Below, in pieces: positions 25,821 to 38,303 of a DNA stretch of 64,000 nt (its first letter is position 1; the number at the start of each line of letters is the position of its first letter). The notes below the pieces were generated by a model. It ran no database searches. It was not told the origin of the DNA and worked only from the letters and a program-made list of their open reading frames with translations. The translations under genes were made by a program, and so were the position numbers. Source of the stretch: Pseudovirgaria hyperparasitica. Its lineage: Eukaryota. The stretch lies in assembly GCA_010093815.1 (NCBI GenBank), contig ML996573.1, one strand, 5' to 3'.

Positions 25821-26965
25821 ATGGGTCGTGGACCGTACGTACAGCCTGAAACACCCCATCATCACTCTTCTGTGCGCCCTCGGCGGACACCGGCAGTCAA
25901 CCTGGTTGCTGAGCTGGTTCTCACACGAGGAGTGCAGAGTGTGCACTTCGAAGAGCTTTTCAGCTAATTACAATATGTTACAGAAAGAAGCACCAGAAGC
26001 GCCTCAGCGCTCCTTCACACTGGCTCTTGGACAAGCTGTCCGGTGCCTACGCTCCTCGTCCCTCTGCAGGTCCTCACAAGCTCCGTGACTGCCTACCTCT
26101 CATCGTGTTTCTGAGGAATCGGTGAGTGAGAAATGCCATGTTATCAGCAACATGAACTGATACAACTTCTTCTCAGCTTAAAGTATGCCCTCAATGGACG
26201 CGAAGTCAAGGCTATTGTCATGCAGCGCTTGATTAAGGTTGATGGCAAAGTCCGCACCGACCCTACCTACCCAGCCGGCTACATGGACGTCGTCTCTATT
26301 GAGAAGACTGGCGAGAACTTCCGTCTGATCTACGATACTAAGGGTCGCTTCACCGTCCACCGCATCACCGAAACCGAGGCAGAATACAAGCTTGGCAAGG
26401 TCAAGAGGGTACAACTGGGCAAGGGCGGAGTCCCATTCTTGGTTACGCACGATGCACGAACGTGAGTTCCCCTGCATCCATCAGCCGTTGGACCAAGATT
26501 TGGTTTTGATTCCACGGAAGAGGGAAATTATAAAATACTAATGGGTATCCATAAAATAGGATCCGTTACCCAGACCCATTGATCAAGGTCAACGACACTG
26601 TCAAGATCGACCTTGCCACGGGAAAGATTACCGATTTCGTCAAGTTCGACACTGGTGTCATTGCCATGGCTACTGGTGGTCGTAACATGGGACGTGTCGG
26701 TGTCATCACTCACCGTGAGCGCCACGATGGTGGCTTCAACATCGTCCACATTAAGGATGCCGTTGACAACGAGTTCGCTACCCGGGAGAGCAACGTCTTC
26801 GTCATTGGCCGTGAGAAGCCATGGATCAGTCTGCCCAAGGGCAAGGGTGTGAAGGTAAGCTAATCATGAATGCCAATATGCTTTACAAGATTGCTAAGTC
26901 GCATTTAGCTTTCGATTGCGGAGGAGAGAGATCGTCGCCGGGCTCACGCTTTGGCTGGACAGTAA
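25821..26965 (+). CDS. RPS4: 40S ribosomal protein S4 (eS4); 4 introns
   Basis: Spliced [70 protein letters not shown]. Confidence 0.97.
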
Positions 26966-28218
26966 GATCACCTCGTAGGCTAGGTCGCAGACTCTACGGG
27001 CATGAGTTGGGTTATGGACGAGTGAAAAGATCGGAGGCGTATTCTGGGATTGCCGCTCTACGTAGAGCTGCGGAGGAGCACAAAAAGCCCCCGATAGAGC
27101 TACTCGTTGGCCTCTGTAGTGATCTATGGTCGAATAAAATCAAGATCTGTACACTCAGTCTATGATCGCGTATTTGTGATGAGACCGTCCACTTTTCAGG
27201 ATATGCTGAATGATCTCTCTCACATACTTTGGACGCAGAAGACGGATAGAGCCTAACGACAAAATCCTCCTGAAATTCGGTAGACGAGGCGAGCGCCCCA
27301 GACAGGGATGCTGCCCCGAAGCTGACATTGGCGTTCTAGGATGAACGAACTATAACGTTGTATTATTTTAGGCACAGGGGCTGTCTAAAGATGTCATCGC
27401 ATACAGAAAAATCTCAATGGTATACTCATCAGAGCTGGGCGGTATGGTGTTATGTACGTGCCCGTTTCAAGCACAGCAAAAGTGGCGCTCAGACGAGAAT
27501 CAGACCAACGAGCTCGCAGCACAGTGTCGCATATGTTACCAGTTGGGGTTTGTCCGTTTTCATGCACCAGCTGCTGCAATATCTTCCCACAAAAAGCACT
27601 GAAGGCTATCAGATCCCGTCGGGAAATTACAGATGACACATGGTAACGATTACAGTACATAGATTTGGAGCGTATTGCCCGGTGCCGGGATATTATTTTG
27701 TTGTGGAGTATCGATATTGCAAGCGAGATTTGCTACAGCCGTTTAGAGCGGGAATGGATGGCTGGAGATAATTGCTTATTATTATTAGTATCATCAGCGA
27801 GGAATGGCGTCTCGATAATATATGGGCATTAATTATTGTTGCATGGGAACATGCCATCTATCACTGGCCTGGAATCTGGGACCTGGCGGCACGGAACACG
27901 CTACAGGCGACTTTGTCTTGTTGTGGACTCTTGTGGGGTGTGTTTTGTCTACACAGCAGGTTTAGCGGTAGCTTGCACGTGCAGCGGGCCAATGAGACAT
28001 CATCATGGTCATTTAAGCTCTGCTCTAGACAAGGCGTTAAATTTGGGATCCAGAACAGCACTTGTAAACCATTAATTAGATGAGAAGTGATGACGGAGCC
28101 GTTCGGTTCGATGATATATATATACGACGAGATGTCGAGGGCGAAGATGGGTGAGTGAGGTTGGAACGGAATAGGAGAAATGTAGATAGGCACGGTCAGG
28201 TACATCATACACATTCAG

Positions 28219-28500
28219 ACACACACACACACATACATCCATACGTACAGTAGATCCAATGCATGATAACGACCTGCCGTAGCGCAATATAACCCATAAC
28301 CCATAACCCATAATCCAGACTATCAACTTTACCCACCACCAACGGGCCCCACGCCTGAGCCAACATCTCACGACATCCTACATCTCTTCCTCTTCCTCTT
28401 CTGTCTCTCTCTCTCTCTCTGTCGCCTCCACTCGCTTGCTCGCTTTGTTCGCCTCGTCGCCTCGTCGTGTCAATTCTTCTTCTTCTCTCTCTCTGTCTCC
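28219..28500. repeat. Microsatellite cluster: (CA)n, (ATAACCC)3 and (CT)n upstream of palI
   Basis: Directly visible at 28219-28233, 28289-28309, 28404-28419 and ~28475-28500. Confidence 0.8.
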
Positions 28501-28841
28501 CTGACTTCGCAACCCTCTGAGCCACTTCTGCCGCACCTTCCTCGTTCACGACTGCCGACTCAGCCACCTCGCACCATTCCAGGTAGCCAGGGAGACTCCA
28601 GAGACCAACAACACCACTGCACTGCTTGCCTTTACCATCTCTACTGTTCAATCTTCGCTGCTATCTATTATTCAGTCTGCAGTCTCGAAAAGCACACCTG
28701 CTACTACACGTTTCATCCTTCCAGCAAAATCGCATAGACGAGCACACAAAGGCCAGCTTACGTAGCCTTGTCGCGACTGGCCATCACTCCATTAATACGT
28801 GTATATCGCTGAGCAGGCGACTCTACTGAAGAGTCGCCGCC

Positions 28842-31182
28842 ATGTTGCGGCCTGCGACGCCGCTGTCGTTGTGTTTCCTCATCGCTTTCGTCTTATTGCT
28901 TCTTTCCGTCTTGTCGACGCCGGTCATCAAGGCCATACCGCTGGCAACCTACAAAGGCGTCAATTTTGGCGTCTTCGGATTCTGCGAGCCGGACAAATGT
29001 TCTGGCATTGTTGTTGGCTATGATACGAGTACGTATGGACGCTCATCTTGTGAATCGCAGGAAGCATACCGCGCTCAAGAACCGCTTACTGACTTTCATT
29101 CTTGAAGCTACACTGTTCGGCCAGAATGAGGACTTCACTCTGTCTGCAGGTACCCGTACCTCATTGTCCTCCATCCTGATAGTACATCCCGTAGCCGCGC
29201 TGCTTTGTCTGATATGCTTCGGTCTGGCCTTCGCTGCCCACTTCCACGCTCCATCGCATTCGCCGCGCTACCTTCTCGCGCTACTCATCCTCACATTTCC
29301 CACCCTACTCGTCACGCTCTTGGCTTTCCTAGTCGATATACTTCTATTTATCCCCCATTTGCAGTGGGGTGGCTGGATTGTACTCGCGGCTACCATTGTT
29401 ATCGTGGTTGGGATCGTCATGACGTGCGCCATGAGAAGGACTCTGGTAAGCAGAAGAGCACGGAAGCAACGTATCAATGAGAATGCAGATATGAATGGCT
29501 CCAATTTCTATGCCTCGCGCATGCCCCCACCAAATCCTCCTCCGCCATCAGAACCTACCTTCATGGACTCCCTACCAAGGGCGGAATCTCCACCCCCGCT
29601 ATCCGCCGGGAATACACTGGTCAATTCGGACAAGGGGCCAGACTTTGCGACATTCGACCTTCAGCAGCAAAAGAATGACGACCGGCAGCCTCTGAATCCC
29701 GTACGATCAAATTCAGACCGTGATGAGGCGCCGGGCAGATACTATGGGGATCGTGGGTTACATGGACCAGGAAATGGACAAGGTCCGCCGAGAGATCAAT
29801 ACGGAAATTCGGGTCCTCTAGACGCTTATGGCCAGCCGTTGAGACACCAGAACTCGAATGGAACAATGGGATCGCAAGGCTCGAGAGGGCCCCCTCCTCC
29901 AGGCTTCTTTCGCGGTCGTGGAGGACCGCCTAGAGGAGGCCCACGTGGTGGATTTGGCCCGAGAGGAGGTTACCGTGGAGGACCGCAAGGCATGAGAGGA
30001 CCACCGCCCCCTGGCTGGAATGGTGGACGAGGCGGAATGGGTCCAGGACCAATGATGGGCCGAGGCCAGAGAGGCCCACCTCCGATGTATGAGACGGATC
30101 AATTCTACGGCGGAGGACCACCGCCAGGTCGGAACATGGCCCCAGCAGGTTACGGAGCTGCATACACAGAGCCCCGAGATGTATCGCCACCGCGTGACTA
30201 CATGCAAGACACCGGCCCTATCGGACAAGCGATCGAGATGGATGCCGTCAATGGTGTCGTGCCACCACGCTCACCTAACGGCCCTGGCTACGGTCTGAGA
30301 GACAGTGACGGAGACGTACAGGGCATGATCGGCCTTCAACAACAGAGACTGGCAAACGATCTTCCGCCGTTAAGACCAGATGAGGGAGTCGCAAGCCCGA
30401 CGAGTGAATACTCTTCTCGTCAATCAGAGTACGTCTCGGCGCGCGTCCCTAGGGCTTACCACCACCTCCATTAACCATACTATCGTAGATTCGTTCCTGC
30501 CCGCGCAGCATGGAACGCTCCTTCTCAGCAGCAACAGCCGGTTCCACCTCAGCCGTTCCGCAACGAGCCATCGTCGGCGCGCGGCCTCTCTCCAATTCAA
30601 GCTTCGCCCATCGAGCTATCCGCAGGCACCCCGATGATGGCCCAATCCAAATCTCCCCCGCAGGGAAGCAGACAATCTACCGACTACTATGAGGACGTAG
30701 ACCCTCGCTTTGCCCCAGAAACCACTTCGCCAACCAAAATATCCTCCGGCCTCGCATCTTCGGTCGCTCTTCCAGCCACACTGGCGCCCTCCCATCCTCA
30801 CCAACTTGCCCCGCAACAAGTCGCCCTTGACCCTTCGTCGTCCTATGAGGAGCTTGCCGATGGCGCTCGCTCGCCCGCTGCTTCCGATGCCTCCCATTTC
30901 ACGTCCGTGTCCCAACGGCCTGTGAATCCAAACTGGGCACCCCCGCCAGGAGAGTACCCACCGGGTCCGTATGGACATCAGTCAGCGATGCAGAGCGCGC
31001 GACAGCCGCAGCGAGAAGACTTACTCGCCGCTAATCCGGACTTTGGGCTACCGGGTGTTGGGCCTCCAGGACGCGGTGGAAGAGGTGGTGGACATAGGGG
31101 AAGAGGTGGTGCTGGGCGGGGTGCATTTGGGCAGAGCGGACTGACGCCCGCTGGGAGATATCCTGGACCAAATGCGTTCTAG
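28842..31182 (+). CDS. palI: pH-response membrane protein PalI/Rim9 (SUR7/PalI family) with a long disordered tail; 2 introns (~29029-29108, ~30430-30489)
   Basis: MLRPATPL..LLLLSVLSTP, FGVFGFC, LSSILIVHPVAA, PSHSPRYLLAL, LAFLVDILLFIPHLQWGGW; tail motifs GQAIEMDA, DYYEDVDPRFA and SHFTSVSQRPVNP. Confidence 0.92.
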
Positions 31183-32164
31183 CCGCAAGGAAGATAACAG
31201 GGGGACAATGCGATATTATGATACCCAAAACTTACAACCTGCGCTTTTACGGATGGCCGCATACTGCAGACGACGCTTTCATGGCTGGTCTAAGTCTTTC
31301 TACTTGGCGAATATTGTTGTTTTCGGCGTCCTTTTCTGGATTCTTTTACCACGTTTAAAAATATACCTTCTGCGCACGCACCGAAAAGTATTTCATCTCT
31401 ACACAACACACTGCCCGGCTAGTCTTAGCTCTGTCTCCTTTCTCACTCTCTCGCACACACACACGAACGCACACTATACACAAACACTGCCTCATTGCCG
31501 CGTCCAGCTCACGCCTCTACGCAAAACCCGCTATAATCGTGCAAGGCCCGCTTCTTTTTTTTGTGTACATAATTGTTTTCTTCTTCTATTCTTTCTTCTT
31601 CTTCTCTTTCGGTCTTCTTCCAGTGGTTGAGATCTTCTGTTCAATGGCGATTGGGCAATATGGGTGAGAAATGAGAAATGGAACGGTTGGTTGGTGGGTT
31701 TTTTTTTTTTGGGCAATTCTTTTTGTTCGGAGCGATGAACAGGCGATTGGGAGGAGTTTAACTTGGTTGTGGAGGGATAGGGGGGGATGGGAGGGATGGG
31801 AGGATAGTTTCGCATGGGAAAAAGCGGTTGGGATTCATGGATGCGCAGTCAGACAGGCGGACGTGGACACACAACGAACACGCGCAAATTATGTGTTATG
31901 CTAATGGCCATGGTTTAGTATACATGTATGAAATACTACTAATTCAAAGATTGTTCTGTGGAGATTAATTGAAATGGGAGAAGGATGTGTGACCTACCTG
32001 CCTGCCTGCCTCCTTGCCTGCATTACTCCCTTCCAACAGTTCCTCTCTATCTCTCGCTTAGAACTATGGTATATGTGTGTACGTACGTACGTCTGTTTCC
32101 GTGCTTCTAGGGCCTCTGTGTATATATACATACTCTCATAAAAAAACAGTAAAAACATGATGCT

Positions 32165-32470
32165 ATTTACCTTTCTTTCCTTCTCCTTTTCCTTTCCCTT
32201 CCTTTCCTTTTCCTTTCTTAACCTCTTTTCCCTATCCTTTCTTTTTTTTTCCTTTTCTTTTTGTCTCTCTTTTTTCAAATAGGCCCTTTTTCCCTTTATA
32301 GGGGGGGATTGGGGGCCGGGTTTTTTTTTTGTTTTCTTTTCTTTTGCTTCGGGCTGGGCTGGCGGTGATTTTGGGCTGGACTGGCTGACTGGCTGGCTGA
32401 TTGACTGGCTGAGTGACTGGCTGGCTAAGTGACTGACTGGCTAAGTGACGACTGGCTGGCTGACTGACTA
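32165..32470. repeat. Polypyrimidine tract, G-runs and (GGCT/GACT)n tetranucleotide repeat
   Basis: T/C-dominated run ~32165-32275, G-runs 32300-32320 and a ctgg/ctga array ~32370-32470. Confidence 0.8.
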
Positions 32471-33498
32471 GCTAATTGACATTTGGTGAATTTAGTGCTG
32501 ATATCAATGCCAATATCAATTAATATCAACTATCAATTATCCATTCATTATCAACGTCAATGTCGTGCCATGGGGAGAGTAGGTATTGGTGTTGAGTGAG
32601 GTAGTGTGGACGATATGAGTGTTTGAGAATGTGAGTGAGTGCGTGAGTGCGCGAATGTATGTGAGTGTTTGCGAGTGTGAGTATCCAAATGTATCAACGC
32701 ATATATATGTATTGCAATGCACTAGATACCCCCATTATATCATGCATGCATAGCATCATCCCAAGACCCTTCTTCGGCAGCGTCCGTCCATGACTAAAAC
32801 ATTCCCGCCTCCCCCAAATCTACTACTACTGCTCTACTACTCTACTCTCCTTCTCTTTTCTTCTTCTCTCTTTTATCCAAACGTAGTGGCAGTCAATACG
32901 TACATGTATATATGTATATGTATATAGACACATACACACACAACAAGCCACTAGATATCCCAATACCTCAAAATGAACAGCCCCCCCAAAATAAACAACC
33001 CAAGAACAAGTCTCAGATCGAGCAGCAGATACAAAAAAAGAGTTGCTCAACATGTAGAGGACCTCCCAAAACGGGCTGACTGTGTACACGAAAGCGCGAA
33101 AACTGGGATGAGCTCAATATGAGCAGAGAAGAAGAAGATTGGTAAGGGAAAACAAAAAAAAACGGAATTATACAATTAATGCGCTTGCTTTCGTGGCAAT
33201 GAAACAGAGATGAGGAAGCTATTTGCACGCCGGCCCAATGCTTATGATTTTTGTATGCGAAGAGGCGTCGAAAAAAAAAGGACGGAAAAATGCAGGCGCT
33301 TGATGCTGTGGGAGAAATTCGGACTTGCTTGCTTGTTTCGCTAATGTATTCGAGCGCTCGTGTATACGCTTTTCACGGGATAGGTCCTGTCTCTCTTTTC
33401 GCTAATGTTGTAGTCGCGTTTTGATGTCTAGCTCTGGTCCATGTGTGAGCTGAGCTTAACCGAGACCGCCGGCAAACTGTCCTCTCTGTATGCACTCG

Positions 33499-36138
33499 TC
33501 AGTAACCACCATCCACGCTCGTTGGTATGAACCGACTGACCTGGCTTCCACGGCTGGGGCTCGTTCGGCTCCTCTCATCCTCCTCCAACACATCGCTTAG
33601 TCGCGTCGGATGGTGGTGTCTCTGCACACCCGCCCATTCGTAGCTTCCCTGTCCATATCCCTGGCCCTCGTAGTCTGGTTGTCCAGTACCACCGGCGCTT
33701 GAGACTGGAGGGCCCGCAGTACCCGTCGTGGCTGGATAGCGCTGACTTGGTTGTGAGCCATATCGCTGAGCAAGCTCACGCTCACGGTCCAGGTCAGCTT
33801 GGACATCGTAGCTGTCCGCGTCCGAGTCTATGCTACGGCGGGGTGGTCGATACGGGATAGGATTGCCGCGTTGGTCTCGGACGTAGTTCCCGTCGGCGTC
33901 TATGACGTATTCTTCCTCGTCCGAGATTTCGGATTCGCCTTCGACAGAGGGCACGTATGATTGACCATCATCACCAGGCTCGCTAACGGCTGTAGTCTGC
34001 CGCTGGTACTGCTGCGATTGTTGCGGCTGGGATTGTTGGGATGTAGACGGTTGACCACTTTGGGTAGTAGTGAGGTAGGTACCGGCATGCGTATAAAATG
34101 CCTCAGGGGTGGATGGCTCGGAGACTGGCGGAGCAGCTACACGCGACGGCTGTTGCTGAGCTTGAGACGTGGGAATCTGGGTACGAGGAGCTGTCGTTTG
34201 CTCTGTAGGAATCATAGTGTGAGTTGATGATGAGGTGGCTGGTGTACTTCCAGACGGGTAAGTGGCGTATCCACTTTGCCCCATTGCAGGAGCCTCTGGT
34301 TCATTACGAAGTGCACTTGTCGCACCACGAGCTGCCGCTGAAGCATAGGGATCGGTATCTGTCGGGGACTGATCATCGTACGAAAACTGCTGCCGCATCT
34401 GTGGATCTTGTTCCGCAAGACGCTCTTGGGTTGAAGGCCGCTGTGAGGTGCTGCCATGTCGTGACATGGTGGCTTGCATCGGAACAACTTGGACACCACC
34501 AACCAGAGTAGGATGTCCCTCGCGTAGAGACATTGTCCGATCCCGCTCTTCTTGCTCGCGTCGGCCCAGTTCTTCCCACGCGCGACGTGCCTCCTCAACC
34601 GAAATCTGTAGCTCCCGCCTTATCTCTGAAGTTTTCTTGCTATCCACATTCTTATCTCGTTCGGCCCTCTCAGCTCGTAACTCTGCATCTTTCCTTGCAG
34701 TTCGCTCGGCAGCCAGCGATCTCTCAAGCTCCGCTTGCACCTCTTGCATGCGTTCTTGTTCTTGTCTCGTCTCGAAGAACCACCGCTGAAACTTGCGCTC
34801 GGACGAGGCGCGCAGACGTTGCAGCTCCACAACAGCATGAAAAAGGTTTGCGCCTGCGGCAGACAGGTCGGTGATTTGTCTCGACATTTGCTGTGCTAGC
34901 GGTTCGCGCCGAACTTCTTCGGTATTGGCCTCGAGCCGCCGTATCCAATATGAGGTCAGCCCTTCCCAGTGGGACGAGAGTGTCTCCCACCGCTCGAATG
35001 CGTGAGGAAAAGAGGAGACATTTGAAGTTCGAGTTTGCGACTGAGGCTGAGGCTGGCTTGGGTCTACCGAAGGTTTCGGTATCGACTGTGCGGGTGCGGA
35101 TGATGTGCGTGCGTGGGGTTGCAGTGGCGCCGATGAGGTTGGGAGGCGTGGCACAGCGCCTGGCACTCGCGAGCTGCCGGCTTGTGCAGGAGACTGTTGA
35201 GGTACAGCTACTCGAGGCTGCCCCTGTGATAATGAAGACGCACGCGTGCGAGAGCCTGTCACTCCATCACCCCCGGGCGGTCTTCCTGTAGTAGGAATCT
35301 CTTGTCTTCCTGGCTGTTGTCGTGGCTGTTCTCCAATAACATAGCCACCATCTCCGGTCTGTCTTGACCTTCCCGTATCTCGTTGATAAGGTGCAGCAAC
35401 GCCAGCAGCAATAATCCTCCTTTCTGCAGCTCTTCTCGTCTCGTCATCTTGTGCTTGTTGTTGCTCTCTTTGTTCGGCTTGTCGAGCGGTGTCTTCCTGC
35501 TCTCTTCGCCGAGCTTCTCTTGCTTGTCGCTCATTCATGATATCCCGCGGCGTTCGTACACCGGCAGCTCCTGACCTTTGTTGTACAGGTACTGGGCCTG
35601 ATGCTGCTCGGGCGCCATTATTAGCTGCGCGTGCAGAGCCAGCGGCACCTCCTGGTAGATCCGACATTGGTGCGTTCTCTTCGACCAGGTCGGGTGTGAA
35701 GGGGTGGGGAGTACGAATGGCTTCTTCTAGTGTATAGAGGATGGCAGAAGCGGTGCGACGTGAGATGTGAAGGGCAGGATGTGGAGTAGGAGCTCGATTC
35801 GCAGAGGCAGCTCGCGGTCGCGACTCGTTTGGGGCAGGCTCTTCGGTGAGGTGACCAGCAGGTTTGGCTCTTACTGCAGAATCAAGAGAACCTGATCTGC
35901 GTCTTGTGACTGGTCTTGGCTCGGGGCGAGGTGTTCGACGAAGGCTCTGAGGGAGACTTCCGGAAGAGCTAGAAGGTCGCGAATAGTGCTGAGTGCGATA
36001 AAAAGCGTCTGCTTGCTGCTGGCGTTGCTGCAATGAGGAGATGTATTGGTCGTGAGCGTCTCGGTCGTGGGAATCGTTAAAGAATTGCGGAGACCCTGCT
36101 CGCGACACGTTTGGCAGCTGAGGCCCTGGGGACGTCAA
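33499..36138 (-). CDS. Intrinsically disordered protein with a central coiled coil; start uncertain (first in-frame ATG at 35667)
   Basis: 879-codon open frame; ordered core SSFPHAFERWETLSSHWEGLTSYWIRRLE..LFHAVVELQRLRASSERKFQRWFFETR flanked by Q/P/S-rich regions. Confidence 0.8.
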   Translation of the reverse strand: MTSPGPQLPNVSRAGSPQFFNDSHDRDAHDQYISSLQQRQQQADAFYRTQHYSRPSSSSGSLPQSLRRTPRPEPRPVTRRRSGSLDSAVRAKPAGHLTEEPAPNESRPRAASANRAPTPHPALHISRRTASAILYTLEEAIRTPHPFTPDLVEENAPMSDLPGGAAGSARAANNGARAASGPVPVQQRSGAAGVRTPRDIMNERQAREARRREQEDTARQAEQREQQQAQDDETRRAAERRIIAAGVAAPYQRDTGRSRQTGDGGYVIGEQPRQQPGRQEIPTTGRPPGGDGVTGSRTRASSLSQGQPRVAVPQQSPAQAGSSRVPGAVPRLPTSSAPLQPHARTSSAPAQSIPKPSVDPSQPQPQSQTRTSNVSSFPHAFERWETLSSHWEGLTSYWIRRLEANTEEVRREPLAQQMSRQITDLSAAGANLFHAVVELQRLRASSERKFQRWFFETRQEQERMQEVQAELERSLAAERTARKDAELRAERAERDKNVDSKKTSEIRRELQISVEEARRAWEELGRREQEERDRTMSLREGHPTLVGGVQVVPMQATMSRHGSTSQRPSTQERLAEQDPQMRQQFSYDDQSPTDTDPYASAAARGATSALRNEPEAPAMGQSGYATYPSGSTPATSSSTHTMIPTEQTTAPRTQIPTSQAQQQPSRVAAPPVSEPSTPEAFYTHAGTYLTTTQSGQPSTSQQSQPQQSQQYQRQTTAVSEPGDDGQSYVPSVEGESEISDEEEYVIDADGNYVRDQRGNPIPYRPPRRSIDSDADSYDVQADLDRERELAQRYGSQPSQRYPATTGTAGPPVSSAGGTGQPDYEGQGYGQGSYEWAGVQRHHHPTRLSDVLEEDERSRTSPSRGSQVSRFIPTSVDGGY

Positions 36139-37554
36139 TATGACTCGACCCCAGGCCCAAATAAAGGAAAGGTAAGCCTAAAAGGCTTTCTGCGTCATGC
36201 GCAAGCCCAGAAAATGGCCGCGACAGTTCCCTGGCGAGTCAATTGTGGTTCAGCGGTTGTAGCGTGGTTTGGGCAATATTCCTCGAGGCCGTGTATATAT
36301 TGCGCGACAGGGAGGCTCTTGGTGTGTAGACGCGAATGAGGTAAGGAGGCGATGGCGCGACAGTGGAATTCGCGTATATGCGGTGATATCACGCGTCGGA
36401 GATTTCACGTCGGAATGTGAAAAGATGACGGGGCGTAGGGTGTTAGAGAGAGGTGGTGTGGTGGTTGTAGTGGTGGTGGTATAGGTAGCGGACCGGCTCG
36501 GAATGTGGAGAAAGCTGGATATGGAGAAAACAGTTAGGATAGATAGTAAGATGGCAGGGAGAAAAAGGAGTGAGTTTGGAGTGTAGTGATTGTGTTGTGG
36601 TGGTAGTGGTAGTGGTAGTGGTGAGGGTGGAATATAGGGTGTGGCTGGAGAGGCTGGGAAGTGAAATTGGGTGGCAGGCGGCAGGGAAGCAGGGGAGATG
36701 CACAACTCACCCACCATCAAAGCAGAAAAACCAAGGAAATTCAATCTTTCGCATCCCCCGTCATAACGTTAAAAACGCCTCCGTGCCTTCTTTTGCTTTA
36801 TTATTATTTATTTTTCTTGTCGCTGCAGGTAGCGCACTGGCTGCGAGTTGAGGTTGTAACTTGTCCGCGATCCGTTCCTCGATGGAGGATGGAGGAGGAT
36901 GACGATGATGATTGATGATGGATTCTCAGGAGACGACTGTGCGCGCGGACGTCACGTCAATCCATGCGCCGCAGCAGGCAGCGTAACGCGGATGGAAAAT
37001 AGTGAAGAATAACGAGGCGATTGCGATTGCGAATGCATCGATATGCAGAAGAGATGTGCGCGCCAATTAGATAGAGGTGGTCGTGCAGCGCCTATTCCTT
37101 GGACGTGATGCCCAGTGGGAGATAGATGTAGGCAGCCAGTCAGGACACAAACAACGACACAGACGAAGACGAATTCAAGGACGAGGACGAGGACGAGAAC
37201 GAGGATGAAGAGTGCGACAGCTGCATGATGCCGTCCGGAAGATGTCGCAGTTCGCCAGTCGACTTTCATTCACTCTCAGTCCCAGTTCCAGCTCCAGCTC
37301 CAGCTCCACGTCCCGCTCCTCTCTGCTGCCAACGCATCATCCCTTGACCGACTGACTGATGTAGAGCCCGCAAGGACCGTGGCTGTTCATCGCTTGGCCC
37401 CCAGCAGACTTCAATCGAAGTAGACTTGACTACTAGCCGAAAGGAGCCACTTAGTGAGGCTGCGAAAGGCGAACAGTAGGCGTGCTGAACATCATTTCGT
37501 CTTCTTCTTCATCTCAAGATGGATGCGAGGCCAAGTAGAAGACGCAGAAGCTGC

Positions 37555-37685
37555 TCGAGATGAAGACGATGATCATGGTGATGATGATGATGACGACGAC
37601 GACGACGACAACGACAAAGGTGTCTACGGAGGAGAAGAATATGATGACGATGATGAGATGATGATGGAGAAGAAGAAGAGGAGAA
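37555..37685. repeat. (GAT/GAC/GAA)n trinucleotide low-complexity tract
   Basis: gatgatgatgatgacgacgacgacgacgac.. is visible; a similar tract lies at 20645-20700. Confidence 0.75.
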
Positions 37686-38303
37686 CTGGAAGACTCGACC
37701 ACGCTGTCGCATCCCAAACTTCCCCTCTTTGTCTCGAAGTCTACAACCACAAAAACCACAAAGAAGCTCTTATGATGCCTGATTGGTCGCGACTCCTCGC
37801 GCCCGCCGTCACGTGCATCTGCTAAACTTCATCATAGAACCTAACCACATCTCCACCATCTTCTTCCACCATCAACCTAATCTCATCCTCATCCTAGACA
37901 TCTCTTCTCGATCTCGATAATATGGCTTTCACCCAGTTCTCGCGTACCTCTTGTCCTGCGTCCATCTGGTTAAGCAGATGTAGCAGAAGTACACTCCAAG
38001 AACCGAGCCACCTCTACTCACATTTGGCCATGCTCACGTTGATCATCCTTCTCAATCCTCTCATAGGCGCATCCAACTCGCAGAGACATGCTACTTGATT
38101 CAGATCTCGTCGATATCTTGCATCTAACCCCCGCTCATTTCTGACCCCCTCCTCAAGCCTCCCACTCAGTCTTGCAATGATGGTTCGATCGTGCTGAACC
38201 ACCCGTACTATTATTCATCTCATATTGCCCATGTCTCTCTCGCACCTTCAATTAGCGCTGAATACTAACACCACAGATTACTGCCGCCACAGCAGCTAAC
38301 GGC

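Noticed and set aside
27176..27273. Possible box C/D snoRNA (GTGATGA..CTGA..CTGA) after RPS4
   Set aside because: No terminal stem and no rRNA-complementary guide that I could recognise.
28289..28309. Telomere-like (ATAACCC)3
   Set aside because: A 7-bp unit rather than CCCTAA, only three copies, and inside a microsatellite cluster.
27882..28591. PacC-type GCCARG sites upstream of palI
   Set aside because: Two degenerate hexamers in about 1 kb is close to chance expectation.
36250..37825. ORFs with poly-V, poly-T, poly-D or poly-H runs
   Set aside because: These are translations of stop-free trinucleotide repeats, open in several frames, with no domain.
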